Part shown: one piece after another, positions 27,858 to 41,500 of the stretch | Layout: every line of letters begins with the position of its first letter | Numbering within the stretch: the stretch's first letter is position 1 | DNA from: Paragordius varius | Lineage: Eukaryota; Animalia; Nematomorpha | Reading direction: 5' to 3' | NCBI GenBank assembly: GCA_964247055.1 | Contig: OZ176055.1 | Span: 7,006,001-7,070,000, forward strand | DNA length: 64,000 nucleotides | Made by a program: the position numbers and the translations under genes | The notes under the pieces: generated by a model | The model's database searches: none | Seen by the model: the letters and a program-made list of their open reading frames with translations, nothing else | What the model was told of the DNA's origin: nothing

Positions 27858-29956
27858 ATGGAGCACATAACCTTAAAAAAGTTTTCAAAAGAGTCAGATA
27901 TTGAAAACTCTCAAAAAATCAAATCTATGGAATGGGAAAAATTGACGAAGAGACCGGACCTTGTTAAAGGTATATTTTGTAAATATGCTCTGAACTTAAA
28001 AACTAAACTTATTAAACTTTTTAGCTCAAGGTGAACAACCATTACCGGGTCAGAAATCGCTTTATGAAATTATTCAAGGATATGCTGAGGAGGATGATCG
28101 TATGTATGAGGAAGCTAAACGATATAGTAAAAATTAGTGATTTTATATTATTATATAATTTTAATTTCTGTTAAGATTTAAGCGACTTCTTAAATATCTA
28201 ATCATATTATTATAAATAACCATCAATTGGATCTATCAAATATATTAATTGTTAACCCTTTTTTGGGTTCACGTCCTGAGCTACCTCTAATAATTTTCAT
28301 AATATTAGAACTTTAAATTTTGTTCTTTCGTTGAAATTCCATTTTTGTCATTATTTTAGAATCTATCATTGCAAAATGTCTGGCAATCATATATTTAATT
28401 TTATATACCTACAATTCAAATTCACCTTCGAATAATTCAACACCCTTAAACCATTCAAATTCACCTTAAAAATAAATTATGTGTCCAGCTAATATAGCTC
28501 ATCATTAATATCAAATATATTCTTATGGCATAGTTTATTATTGTTTCAATATTAATTTTAAACAAAATTTTATTTTTGAAAAATATAAAAAAATATAGGT
28601 AATTTTTAACTTTCAAAAACACAATATATTTAAGGGTGAATTTGGAGGGTGGAATTGAATTCAAGGGGAAATTTGAATTGTAAATGGTATATATCTCTTT
28701 AGAAAAATTAATAAACACGAAATTCAATTATTTGTTGTCTATTATTTTTCAACATATTTATTATGTTTACATTTTTTATAGTTATAAATTTTTTGGATGC
28801 TTAAATTGATAATATTTTTAAATATAATTTATTATGTGATGTTAGAAAATCAAATAAATGTGGTAACCGATGAAGAAAGTGCCTTTCTTAATTCGCTGGT
28901 GGAAAAACAGCAAAAAAGGGCACGTGATATCGAAGCTGAAAATGCTCAAGCTATCTTAGAATATCGAAGGCAAATTTTATATTATTGTTTCATAATAGAT
29001 TAATAGTTAAACTTTGTGATAAATTTGTTTTAAACGCATTAAAATATTAAACTTTTACTAATTATATCGTATGAATAAATATCAATTTTTTACCGTTATC
29101 TAATATATTATGTTAATTTTTAGGTAATATATTCATTTATTTTTGTGTAACTCACCAATAATTAGTGTTTTTAACAAATTTTATTTAAAAAATATATCAT
29201 TTTTTATTGCATATTATTACTTTTTATGAATTCAGAGAACTTAAACGTGCAGCGTTCAATCAAACCTTTAGGCCAAATGATGCGACGTCGATTCCCTTTT
29301 CAAATACGAATATCGACCATTCATCTACAAATTCTATCAAATCAAATGATGGAGTCAAATTTAAGGATGTTAACAAAGACAATAACAATTCATCAAAGCA
29401 AACAAAAACATTCACATCCCAAAAACAATCGCAAAGTAATCATCTTAAACACCTTGTTAAATCTTGTGTGGTTATTAAACCAAAACCACTTGGTAACGAA
29501 ATCAAAATCAACATACCAGCGAAACAATCAAATAACAGTTTTACCGCGCAGACGTGTGTTACGCCTTCAGTCCTATCTTTACAAGCTTATGAGGACTCAA
29601 GCAGTCATAGTAGCGAAGATAATAATAATAATGACATCGAAAATGAAATTGATCTAAAGGAGCTTAAAAGTGAGGACAAAAATGTATTTGAAAACTCGCC
29701 GGGAGCCACTTTTAAACATCAAAAGATTAATAAACTTGATAACACACGATCTCCTTCCATCTCATCAACGTCATCTTATATATCATCGAATTCGGTAGGA
29801 TCTCCTTTTTCTCCGCCTAGGATAGATGAATCGCTAAATTTGGAAATGGAATTGAATAAAACACAATTGCCAGATGGGCAACAAACGACTCCAGATTGGA
29901 AAGCGCAACTGAATGCACAATTTTCTAATTCACATACTAGTAGTGACGAAGAATAA
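27858..29956 (+). CDS. PSME3IP1: PSME3-interacting protein / FAM192A / NIP30 (4 exons, about 352 aa)
   Basis: Exons 27858-27969, 28025-28126, 28846-28969, 29236-29956. KKFSKESDIE..MEWEKL..KSLYEIIQ..MYEEAKRYKNQINVVTDEESAFLNSL..AILEYR, and C-terminal LSLQAYEDSSSHSSED resembling the PA28gamma-binding motif. Confidence 0.88.
28408..28687. mobile_element. MITE, CCATTT family A, in PSME3IP1 intron 2
   Basis: tata|cc..acaattcaaattcacc left end; gaattgtaaatgg|tata right end. Confidence 0.85.
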
Positions 29957-30099
29957 ATTATAATAATATGCGAAATTATAATATACTTTGTCAAAATGAT
30001 AACCTTAAAAAATGATTATTTTATATGGATATGCACAGCACTTGAAATCTCATACACTTAGGAAGCCACGATAAACCTAACCGATTAAGATACATCAAT

Positions 30100-31000
30100 G
30101 TTATAGTTGATAAATTTTGTTTACCATATTAAGAATCTTAAAATATAATTATACTCTATTTTTTCTTTCAGAAGCAGTAAGCCCGTTTGGCTTCCATTTC
30201 TTTCTAGCATCAGCCAGTTTAAGTGTAATATAGTGGGATACTCTGGATCTTCTTGAATGTTGGATTGCCAAGTTTTATGAATGTGTCTTTGTTATAGTTA
30301 AATTGCGTTTCTTAACTACATAGCTTTCATCTACTTTATGGGATATTTATCTAAAACTATCCTTACATATATATTTTCAAATAGACACATATTTTCAGCA
30401 TTTAGAATGCTGATACGGGCGAAATTTGGATTTATAGATATTTTGGTTGTGTGCGAAAAGAATGGCTTTTAGAATTTGTACATCTTTTTTACTGTAATTG
30501 ATGATAAGATTCGTTTGCCATGTTTCTCCATAAATTATAAGAAATTGTATTGCGTATTTTAACTGTGTAAACTAGAAGGCTCATATGATACTTTTTCAAA
30601 TCTGATATAAGTCTTTGCAGATTTTTTATTTCGGATATGTTAAAGATTTTTTTTATAATAAAAATTGATTATGGGATGAAAAGGGTTTTGAAATTAACAT
30701 TTATATAAGAGTTTTTATTGACATAATTTTTAAGAATCAAATCGAAGTGTATAATAAATTTTGCCCATACAGCTTACGCTTTTATCTAAATGTTTGATAA
30801 ACGAAGCGTTTTTCTCATATTTTACAGTAATTTAAAATTTAAAGTTTCAGTGTATTTATTTCTTGTGCAATCAAAAATTTATATGAATCAATCTGTATTA
30901 AAAAGTTGTTTCGGGTATATTGAATCTTCGAATATTATGTCGGTAGTTTTTAGCCAAATTTGAAAGTTCACGGTTTTGCGCATATAATAGAAGTGGAAAG
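30100..31000 (-). mobile_element. Heavily decayed non-LTR retrotransposon (LINE RT remnant)
   Basis: Minus-strand fragments in RT motif order: DLKK..SLL (like DLSKAFD), ILKAILF (like ILGPLLF), NAENMCLF (like YADD), FNYNKDTFIKLG. Many stops; boundaries approximate. Confidence 0.5.
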
Positions 31001-31355
31001 ATATTTGTGAAACTCATTTGCTCGATTTTTTTTATTTTAACATTGAGTTAACATTGAAACTCTTATTACGAAATTAAATTAGAACTAAAACCAATGTAAG
31101 CAAAGTATTCTTATGTGCACCATTCTCTTTTAATGACAATTCTTAAATTGCCATAGATTTGATTTAGCGCCATTATTTGAAGATTTTTTAGTAAATTTGT
31201 ATCCAAAATATTTTAAGTTGCATAAATAATTAAAAAATAATTGTTCTAGGCAAATCGATGTTTTTAAATATATGTAATACCTTAAACTATACTATCATCG
31301 TGATTGGGATTCCACAGAATTAGTAACCTAACAACTCCAAATCTTGTAAAATATA

Positions 31356-31696
31356 CCATTTAGAATTCAAATTCACCCTTGAACAATTTAAATTCACCCT
31401 CGAACAATTCAAATTCGCCCTCGAAAAATCACCCTAAAAATAAATTATGTGTTTTCGGGATAATATAACTCATCGCTAATATAAAATATATTCTTATGGC
31501 ATAGTTTATTATTTTTTCAGTATTATATATATTTTACAGGTAATTTTATTTTTTAAAAATATAAAAAAATATAGGTAATTTTTAATCTTAAAAAACATAT
31601 AATTTCTATTAGGGTGATTTTAAATTGTTCGAGGTTGAATTTGAATTGTTCAACGGAAATTTGAATTGTTTAAGAGTGAATTTGAACTGTAAATGG
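31356..31696. mobile_element. MITE, CCATTT family A
   Basis: TATA|CCATTTAG...GTAAATGG|TATA with about 4 inverted 21-bp units per arm. Confidence 0.88.
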
Positions 31697-32675
31697 TATA
31701 TTAATATCACCCAAATTTTATTACTTTATGTGCTAGCTTTAGCTACGTTTTTATGCTAAACCGTTCTGAATACGCAAGAAAACAAATTTTTCTTACACTC
31801 GAGATATTTGCATTTTCTTTTACTGTTATTTTAACAGTAATTCTGAATCAAAACATATTTATGACTATGGGCCCTCTTTATCAAAATTATACTAAAAAAT
31901 AATTTTCTTTGAATATATACAATAAATGCCATTTGTAATAGGTTATTCGAAAGAGTAATGAAAATAAAATTCAAATATGTTTTACATCGATAGTTAATAT
32001 TGAACATAGGAAGCGACAAACCCGCGAAGCGAGAGCGTTTTTGTCAATAATTATAATTATTAATGGATGTAAATAGCCTAAACTAGGTGCACGTGTCAAT
32101 GAATTCTAAAATATACATAAAAAAATTTTTATACTAAAACACTTATTATTTTATGTCATTCAAAACAGCCATTTTTAATTTTTTGTTTTTTGAAAAATTA
32201 CCATGTCATCAATATTAATTATTTTCCTGGTAAGGCTAACATTTTTACAAGTAAATACTAGGGTATTCTTTATCAGTTAAAACCATTATGTAATATATTT
32301 ACATTTATAACTATGTATTTTAGTATAAACTAGGTAAATTAATATATATGATGATTTTTATTAAAAAAGCAAATTAAGAGCATTTCCAAAATTTTTTTAA
32401 AATTTTATTCTAATAATATAACCCTAATTATAATATTAATTTATATCCCCTTTTTGTACCATAAACATCACCTGCTAGGTACATGTATAAAGCGGTGTTC
32501 ACTAAATTTTTTTTATATTGGATCGACTAAGCGGATTCGAAATATAAATTTTTTTAATTATATTATTCGCATTTTTAGTCAAAATAAATTATTTATAAGA
32601 TTTTTAAATTAGTTTTTCTGTGAACATTCTTATTTGAACATTTTTACCATATAAAGCCAAATAACTTTTGCAGCA

Positions 32676-33099
32676 CAGGGGCGTACCGAGGGGGGGAAGG
32701 GCAAGGGGGTGCATCATGCCCCGGGCGCCGTTATTTAGGGGGCCCCTAAATGATATTTTAAAATTAAATTTTAATACAAAAATAATAAGAATTTTCAAAT
32801 GATAAGATCAATTCAATATATACAACTAAAACATTATTTTTATATATAATTTCCATATTATAGAATTTATTAGAATATTTATGTATTTAAAAATGAATAA
32901 ATTTAGTATCATACAAATATATATATTTAATAGATTTAAAATTTATATGACTGTGCTGTCTTATCTATGGTGTTTAGGTTACAACGTTTGTATTTTTTTT
33001 TACTAAATTGTTTTATTGGCTTTTTTTTAAAAAAAAGGGCGGGGGGGGCGCCAATAAAGTTTTATGCCCCGCGCGCCGCAAATGCTCGGTACGCCACTG
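32676..33099. mobile_element. hAT MITE (CAGGGGCGTA/CAGTGGCGTA type)
   Basis: TIR caggggcgtaccgag / ctcggtacgccactg, perfect 8-bp TSD ttgcagca. A related right end (tacgccactg) is at about 34000-34009. Confidence 0.93.
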
Positions 33100-35006
33100 T
33101 TGCAGCATGTTGATTTAAACGACTAACTACCATTCTAAAGATTCAATTTGCACTTTCGAATGATATAAAATACATGGCTATATAACTAAATCTTTTAATT
33201 TTGATAATTTCGAGTTTAATGTTAAATCGAGAAATTTTTAAAACCCTAATAAAAAAATTTTTATGTTGACCATTTTTTTATATATACTATCTATGTATTT
33301 TAATGAAATAAATTTTAAATATAAAAGAAATGGCAATTAAAATAAGTCAAAATTTGTTGTCTAGTGTTGCGCTTATAAATATGTAATACATATAATATAT
33401 AATCTTTCATAAAAATCATTAAGTTTGTACATGTTGTCTTCTTTTTAATCGTTTAATTTGCAGATAACGCAACATTTGCTAAATTTACGGATTTTAATTT
33501 TCATATGTCAAAGTTAGTTTATATTTATGGGATACGTCAGTATATTTTTTATTCCGACTGGTAAGCGATGTCTCTAACTATGTTAGCGACATAAAATAGT
33601 TTTTAATGGTCATCGTATAAAAATTTTATTCAATCCTCGTAGAAATTTTTTTGAAAGTTTTGCGACCTACTTTGGAAGTTTCGTCATTTTTATCGGTCCT
33701 TGGAATTATTAAAACTCATGTGTAAAACCGATATTTCTCGTAACCCTTATCGATTTCTAAGTTTATTGTTTTCCTTCCTCTGCTTCTATGTTGTATTCTT
33801 CATAAATCCAAAAGTTGAGCCTAAAACCAAGTAAATTCGTGATGGCGCGCCCCTTCATGCAACTCCTTGTATTTATAAAAATAATCTAATTTAAACCGTG
33901 AGCTGTAAGTTAAATAAAATACCTATTTTTTGAAAATTAATAAATCTAAAATCCGGTGTCCCTTTAACTATGGCGCCCGATGATTTGCCCCCCTCTTAGC
34001 TACGCCACTGCTAAAAACTAAGTTTATAAAGCTAGTGACCATGACCGAGATATAAAAGATTTTATCTGGACTAGATACATTAACATGTATATTAGTATAT
34101 AGTATATAATTTTTACGCTTTCAACAAATACTTCTATTTTATAGTAGAAAGAATAACATTTATGGAACGTCCACTAATAAAAAGTTAAATTATGATTACT
34201 TTTGTTAATTACAAAAAATATAAATAATAATTAAATAAGTAATATAAAAAGTTTTAAATTTCAGCTATGATAAAAATATTCGCCTGTTTTAAAAAAATAA
34301 ATTTTTAGACTGTCATTCTCCCATTATATAGATAAATGTGGTAGGCAGGTTTGACCTGCGGTTATTTACGTTATATACATTTGAAAAATATAAATATCAC
34401 AATTATGTAAATGGTTATTATATTAAATTTTGATGTGTAGTATATGCAATATAAATATTACCAAAAAAAATATTTTCTTTCGTCAAAACCACTAATTTGC
34501 CATTTCAACATAAATAATTTTAGAGATGATATGAAGAAATATATTTAATTTCAGTTTTTTAAACTTTTTTTTACATACAACCGGTGCACTTAAATATTCC
34601 ACAAATGAAAGCTTCAAATTATTCTAAAAATCAATGTAAATTTTTTTGATCATTAATATATCTAATATGCCTTGTGCACAAATCTTAATATTTTTCTATC
34701 GTAAAATAATGCGAAATTCATCATTAAAATAAAATAATATAGTACAACTGTCTGAAATATTAAATATTTACATGATTGAATTAATATTAATGTATAGCGG
34801 TTAAAAAGAAAATTTTGAACTCGCGCACACATTTTTATCGTTAAATTTTTATAAGTTAGATATAAATATTCTAAATATTGTTACTCTTTTAATTATTATA
34901 TATTTTTTTATTTTTGTTTTACATGGAATTTTTTGCCTACTTACATACTTGTTTAAAATAATGTTTTATCACAGATAAAATTGTAAATACCCAAGATTCG
35001 GATATT

Positions 35007-35809
35007 ATGAACCTAAACCCTACGGGAGATCAAAAAAAACTTTCTCAGGATGAAATTAATAATAAAAATAATAATTCTACAATCATGGAAAAAAAATCTA
35101 TAGAATTGCTAAAATTAAACCCTGCAGAACTCCCAATCATCATTTCAGACGGCAGTGCAGACGAAGAAAGTAAAGAGATTAGACCAACCTGGGGTCATCA
35201 ATTCGATTTTATTTTTTCTTTGATTGGTTATGCTGTGGGCGTCGGAAATATATGGAGATTCCCATACTTGTGTTATCGAAACGGTGGAGGTTAATTATTT
35301 AGCAATAACTTTGTTTGTTTAAAAAAGTTAATTTGTTAATAGTTTTTATTTGAACCAATTTTCTGTCATATTTAGATTTAGTATACCATTTACAATTAAA
35401 ATTTACCCTTAAACAATTCAAATTAACCTTCGAACAATTTAAATTCACCCTTGAACAATTCAAATACACCCTAAAAATAAATTATGTTTTTTCGGCCTAA
35501 TATAACGCATTATTAATAAGATTTAGAATCTAATGACATAGTTTATTTTTTCAGTATTATATTAATTTTACGTAATTTCTTTTTTAAAAAATATAAAAAA
35601 ATATATGTAATATTTAACCTTAAAAAACATATAATTTATTTTAGGTTTTTGAATTGTTCAAGGGTAAATATGAATTGTTTAAGGGTGAATTTAAACTATA
35701 AATGGTAAAAATAATAGATGATTACCAAAATCAATTTTTAACTTATTTAAAAATACCTAAAAAAATTAGTCGATATAACATGTTCAGCTAAAAGGGAAAC
35801 GGTATATAT

Positions 35810-35844
<35 letters not shown>

Positions 35845-38455
35845 CCAAATTAACTCAAAATTTCTGTTGAACTCATGGTTTTTATCATCTCTAAGTTAAT
35901 CTAAAAATCTAATATATTAGCTATAAAAACCTTCGCCTATACACAATTAATTATTAAATGACCAAAAGGTATTAGGTTTTTAAGGCAAATATGTATATGT
36001 TTATTCATGCATAAATTATTATAAATTTACAAAACAAAAAAACTGTCATCAAAAAATAATGTTAGTTACATTAAGGGATTCATTCATTTAATTGGTATTT
36101 ATGAATAATATAAGTTTTGGTGTGATCCTAGGTGCATTTCTAATTCCCTACGGAATAATGTTGTTTTTATGTGGCATTCCACTCTTTATCCTTGAAGTTA
36201 TGTTGGGACAATTTAGTAGTCGTGGAGCCATCAATGTATGGGACATTTGTCCTTTATTCCGAGGTAAAATTTGGTCAAAGTCAGATGGATATATATACCA
36301 TTTGCATTGAGACATAAAATTTTGATAATTGAAATTTGACCATTTTGTTCAGGAAGTGTAAGTATTGGCAAAGAATATATTTTACACATCGATAAAATGT
36401 TTTTGTTGGGTCAATATTAATTAACTTTTATAAGATTTTTAATCAAACCTGGAATTTTTATATTTACTTCGATTAATATTTACACATTAGGGGTCGGATA
36501 CGGGACGATTGTAATAACTGGCATAGGTTGTGTCTATTATAATCTTTTAATTTCTCTCATACTTTTTTTCCTATTTTCTTCGTTTATCACTCCATTGCCT
36601 TGGAGCCATTGTCATAATGTATGGAATACGAAAGATTGCATAGTGCTAAAGGATTTAAGTCAAAACATAACATCCAAACTCAATCTCAAAAGCGAACAAA
36701 CTTCAACCTATGAATTTTGGCAGTATGCAATTATCCCTTTTTACATTGTTATTAGTTTAAATCAGTGTCCAACTCCGATGTATTATATGCAGGCTGTAAA
36801 TAAATTGAAATTAACAATTAATTCAAATCTAGAGTTTGGGAAATAGACCAACGAAATCTTTGTAAATTGATATCTCTTAAACAAATTATCTGCTGAAGAA
36901 GTGTTTCCAATAGGCAAGTAATAGCGAAAATTGGTTAAAGTGATAATCATTTTTTAAAGTCTTACGAGTTTAATATTTAATCAAATATTCAATAAAAATT
37001 GAAACTATATTAACAAACTTGAATATATACTTTTTCAAACTTTAATTTTTCCCTTATACACACATATATATATACCATTTCCCAGTCTAAATAAACGTTT
37101 TCCCAGTCAATCGAAACGTTTTCCCAATCAATCGAAACCTTTTCCCACTCAATCGAAACATTTTCCCAGTCGGTAATAACATTTTCCCAATCAATAAAAA
37201 CGTTTTCCCAGTCAATAAAAACGGTTTTATTTTTGATGATAAATATCAAAACAAGAATATAAAAATAACTTTTAACCATTATTAGCGTAATGTTAGGATA
37301 TTATTTTTTATAAAAACACAATATTGAATGACAATTTTTCCAAGTATATACCAGTGCACAATCATTAATGACTTATTCTTTAAATGTTATATTTTTGGAA
37401 TTTGAGTTTAGATAATATTTTTTATTTTATCGATGGTTCGCATTAATATATGCGGCTAACCTAAAAAATCTATAGTTAGGGAGGAATTAATAAAATTTAC
37501 AAAAATATACCATTTTTATCACAAAGGTCATTTAACACTTTATATTGGATCTTAAACATAAATCTTACGCTAATTTTATAATATTTAACATTTGGTTGGG
37601 GGCTTAAGGCGGCCTTCCGAGTATCTTTGTGCGGGCCGCAAAAAATTTGGAAAATCATATGCAAAAATATGCCCACAAAATATTAGAAATATTCATATTT
37701 CTTACGCAATTATTATGAATGAATCTATTAAATTGGTAATGTAAAAAATTGTTATATTGTGTTTGTATTTTACAGTCTTATTAATCGAAAAATACGTGAA
37801 TGCCCGTATATATTTTGAATGGGGAACCGTGTGCTTTTTAAGTTAAAAATGCGGCCCGCGAAGGCATTTAGTTACACCCTTGTTTTAGTCAAATATCCTT
37901 TTTATTAAATATTTTTAAAAAAACATTTTTATCAAAAAATTTTCATTTAGATATTTTTTCCGACAGTATTTTTATCAACAAACCGGACATATTTAAAAAC
38001 TATTGTGAAGCGTTCCGCATATATTAATGCGAACCATCGATAAAATAAAAAATATTATCTAAACTCAAATTCCAAAAATATAAAATTTAAAGAATAAGTC
38101 ATTAATGATTGTGCACTGGTATATACTTGGAAAAATTGTCATTCAATATTGTGTTTTTATAAAAAATAATATCCTACCATTACGCTAATAATGGTTAAAA
38201 GTTATTTTTATATTCTTGTTTTGATATTTATTATCAAAAATAAAACCGTTTTTATTGACTGGGACAACGTTTTTATTGATTGGGAAAATGTTATTATTGA
38301 CTGGGAAAATGTTTCGATTGACTGGGAAAACGTTTCGATTGACTGGGAAAACGTTTCGATTGACTGGGAAAACGTTTCGATTGACTGGAAAAACGTTTCG
38401 ATTGATTGGGAAAACGTTTTGATTGACTGGAAAACGTTTATTTAGACTGGGAAAT

Positions 38456-38504
<49 letters not shown>

Positions 38505-41500
38505 CTATATATATATATATATATATAACTAATTGCATCAATATACATCTTTATTTATTACTTATCAATTATGAACATGGTTTATATTTCAAAAAAATCA
38601 ACATTTAAAAAGTATGGTTGTCTTTTTTGAAAAAATTCGTCTGTATATTTTTACCTTTTGTCCGTATAATTTTTATGTAACAATGCTATTATATTTTCGA
38701 ATGCGGCTCGCAAAAACATTTGTGTTGGACACTCCTGGTATAAAAGTAACATCTAAAAATTTATATCACTGCATTCATTATTTTACAGTTATGGATTATT
38801 GAAAATAACTTCAGGCCTTCACGATCTTGGTCATATGAATTGGCCCCTGTTTGGATGCTTTGTGTTAGCTTGGATCATCACTTATTTTTGTTTGATCCGA
38901 GGAATTAAAACCACCGGAAAGGTTAAAATATTGTTTACAAAAAAAGGTGACACGAGGATAAAATTTTGATCAAATATTTTGCCTTGTATATATATATATG
39001 TGTATACGTTTATATATGCATTTATTAAAAGATAAATGTATTATGTCGAGTTGAAATTAAAATATTACATATACACAGTGTCCACAAAAAAATAACTTGT
39101 CGAAATATATATATTCTGATAGGAAAATGTATCAAGATTATCATGGCGCTTTTGGTTTTGGCCTTTACGTAAGAAAGTTATTTACACTTTTGTGGTAAGT
39201 ACTCTATATCAGAAAATGGCAAAACTTGCGCATTTTTTAAATTTGATGAAAGCTAAATGCTTCATTTCAAAAAATATCACTAAATATATGATAAACTACT
39301 AAAAAGCAAAACTTTTTAAAAAATTTAATTGTTAGTTGTAGGCTCCGAAAGTCCAAATTTTTTCACTTTTTTAAGATGGGGTAGTTCTCTTAAAATAAAC
39401 GCAAAAATGCCGGGATTGCGAGATAAAAATTTTAAATATATGCTAACTTTTGACATGAAAACATACTATTTTTAAATGCATAATTTTTAAAAATTTAATC
39501 TTTAGCAAAATTTTGCTGAAGCATACTTCGCTGAAAACGGTATAAAAACGCTTTATAATAATAAAAACTCTTTTTCTCTATAATTCGATGATGCTGAACA
39601 TTTCTGTCACTTCAGGTATTAAAATATTCATTTATCTTCAAATATATGTTAAAATAAATTGTATTTTTTCTATAAAAATTTACAAAATATGAAAATAAAC
39701 GAACCTTAAATTAAAATTCTGAAGCGATAGAAATGTTCAGCATAGAAAAGTGTTTTTTATATCTATAAGCGTTATATCGTGCCTAAAAATAGTATGAACG
39801 CTTCTAAAAAATTTGTTAAAAATTAATTATTGTAAAATATTTTTTTTATGTCAAAATTTAGCATATATTTAAAATTTTTATCGCGCACCCATTTTAGATA
39901 GTTTGGGACTTTCTGAGCCGACATCTAAAAATAATTTATTAATATTGTTTTGATTTTTACTGGTATTAAGCTTTCACCAAAAATTTACTTAAAATATATG
40001 CGAAACATTTTCTGATACGGTGCTTTTACCACAAAAGTGTTCGTATATCACTTGTGAGGGCCCGAAACCAGAAGCACCATGATAATCTTGATTCATTCAC
40101 CCCCATTTTGGCGCTGATACTTATGAAATATTTTTTAGATTTTGAACAAATAGGTGTTACAAAGTGAAGTTTTAATTTTAAATAAAAATTTATACGGTTT
40201 TTTGTAAAGTGTAAAGATTTGGAATTTATTGAGAACAGGTGAAAGCTACAACACTTCTCTCCTCAGGGCTGACATGGGTGAAGGAAAAAATGTACAGTAT
40301 TTAATAATGAATTCTTACTTATAAACATCCTTAGGTACACGACAAATGTCACCTTCACCATTCTGCCACCATAAGTTTTTGTAACTTATATAAACAACCA
40401 ATAATTTTTACTTAGATTGTATATTTTACGGCAACTTTTCCATACCTTATGTTAACTGTGCTACTTATTCGAAGCTTAATCCTACCCGGAGCTTGGAAAG
40501 GAATTGCATTCTTTTTGCGCCCAAAATGGGAACTGCTAAAACATTTTAAAGTATTAATTATTTATTTCATTTTAAAGCGAATGAATCCTTGAAACTTAGG
40601 GAGCACCAATTTATAGCATCCATTTTTAATATTTAATGTGTATACCTTATTGTATTCTATCTTTAAGTTATATTATCATAACAAAATAGTTTATAATGTT
40701 TCAATCAGTCAATTTAAACAAATAGGTGTTTTCACGATTGTTATTTATCTCTTTCAATATCTGGCGGATGAGATAATTGATTTACCATTTTAATATTACC
40801 AAAATATATTTACTTAAAACTATAGTTATCACATAGCGATTAAAAAACTATAAAATCTAAACGACCCTTGTAATTATTCTCTTTCATTTAACAAAAGGTG
40901 TGGAACGAAGCCGCACTACAAATCTTCTATTCATTGGGACCGGGATGGTCAGGTCTAATAACTATGGCGAGCTATAATAAATTTCGGAATCCGTGCATCA
41001 GGTTTTTGCAATAAATATTTTTAGGCAGTTTTTAGGCTTAAAATTTATGACTAAAGATTTAGGTGTATATTAATGAGCATTAAGCTAAAAATTTCTGTTT
41101 ACGACAAGGCCAAAGTGTATGGCTTAGTTTTGCTGTAATGACCTATAACTCAAAAGTTGTGATCAGAATTTCTTTACCATTTTTATGGTAAGAAAATTTT
41201 AAAACCCGTATAACCCAAAATATATGAGGAAATCATAAATTTTATAATATTTTAAGCTGGCTTTTTCACATGGCCCATTCACCTGAGACAATTTGACTTA
41301 GCTCAATGGCTCATTTACATGGCCCTTGTAATTTAGTAACTAAATTAATAAATTATTAATAATATATGTGTTAATGAGGATAGGGATAGCGTTATAGTAT
41401 CCATAGTTAATTGTGGCACAAGTGTGTATGCTGGCTTTGTCGTATTTTCTGTCATCGGGTTTATGGCTCACAAATTGCAATTGCCCATTGAACACGTTGC

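Larger units (their letters stand above)
36763..38737. mobile_element. hAT (Buster-type) MITE split by a foldback insertion
   Basis: Left cagtgtccaac, right gttggacactcctg with GCGGCTCGC subterminal motif; imperfect TSD gtttaaat/gtataaaa. Confidence 0.6.

Noticed and set aside
29226-29994. Overlapping alternative-frame and antisense ORFs in the last PSME3IP1 exon
   Set aside because: Expected by-products of a long low-complexity exon; no motifs.
37075-38457. CRISPR-like array
   Set aside because: Units are head-to-tail with no unique spacers, occur as inverted arms, lack cas genes, and the context is eukaryotic.
37010-38608. Repeat-protein ORFs (ENVSIDW)n, (NRNVFPV)n and (IY)n
   Set aside because: They are translations of 21-bp transposon arrays and a TA microsatellite inside an SLC6 intron; 21 bp keeps frames open automatically.
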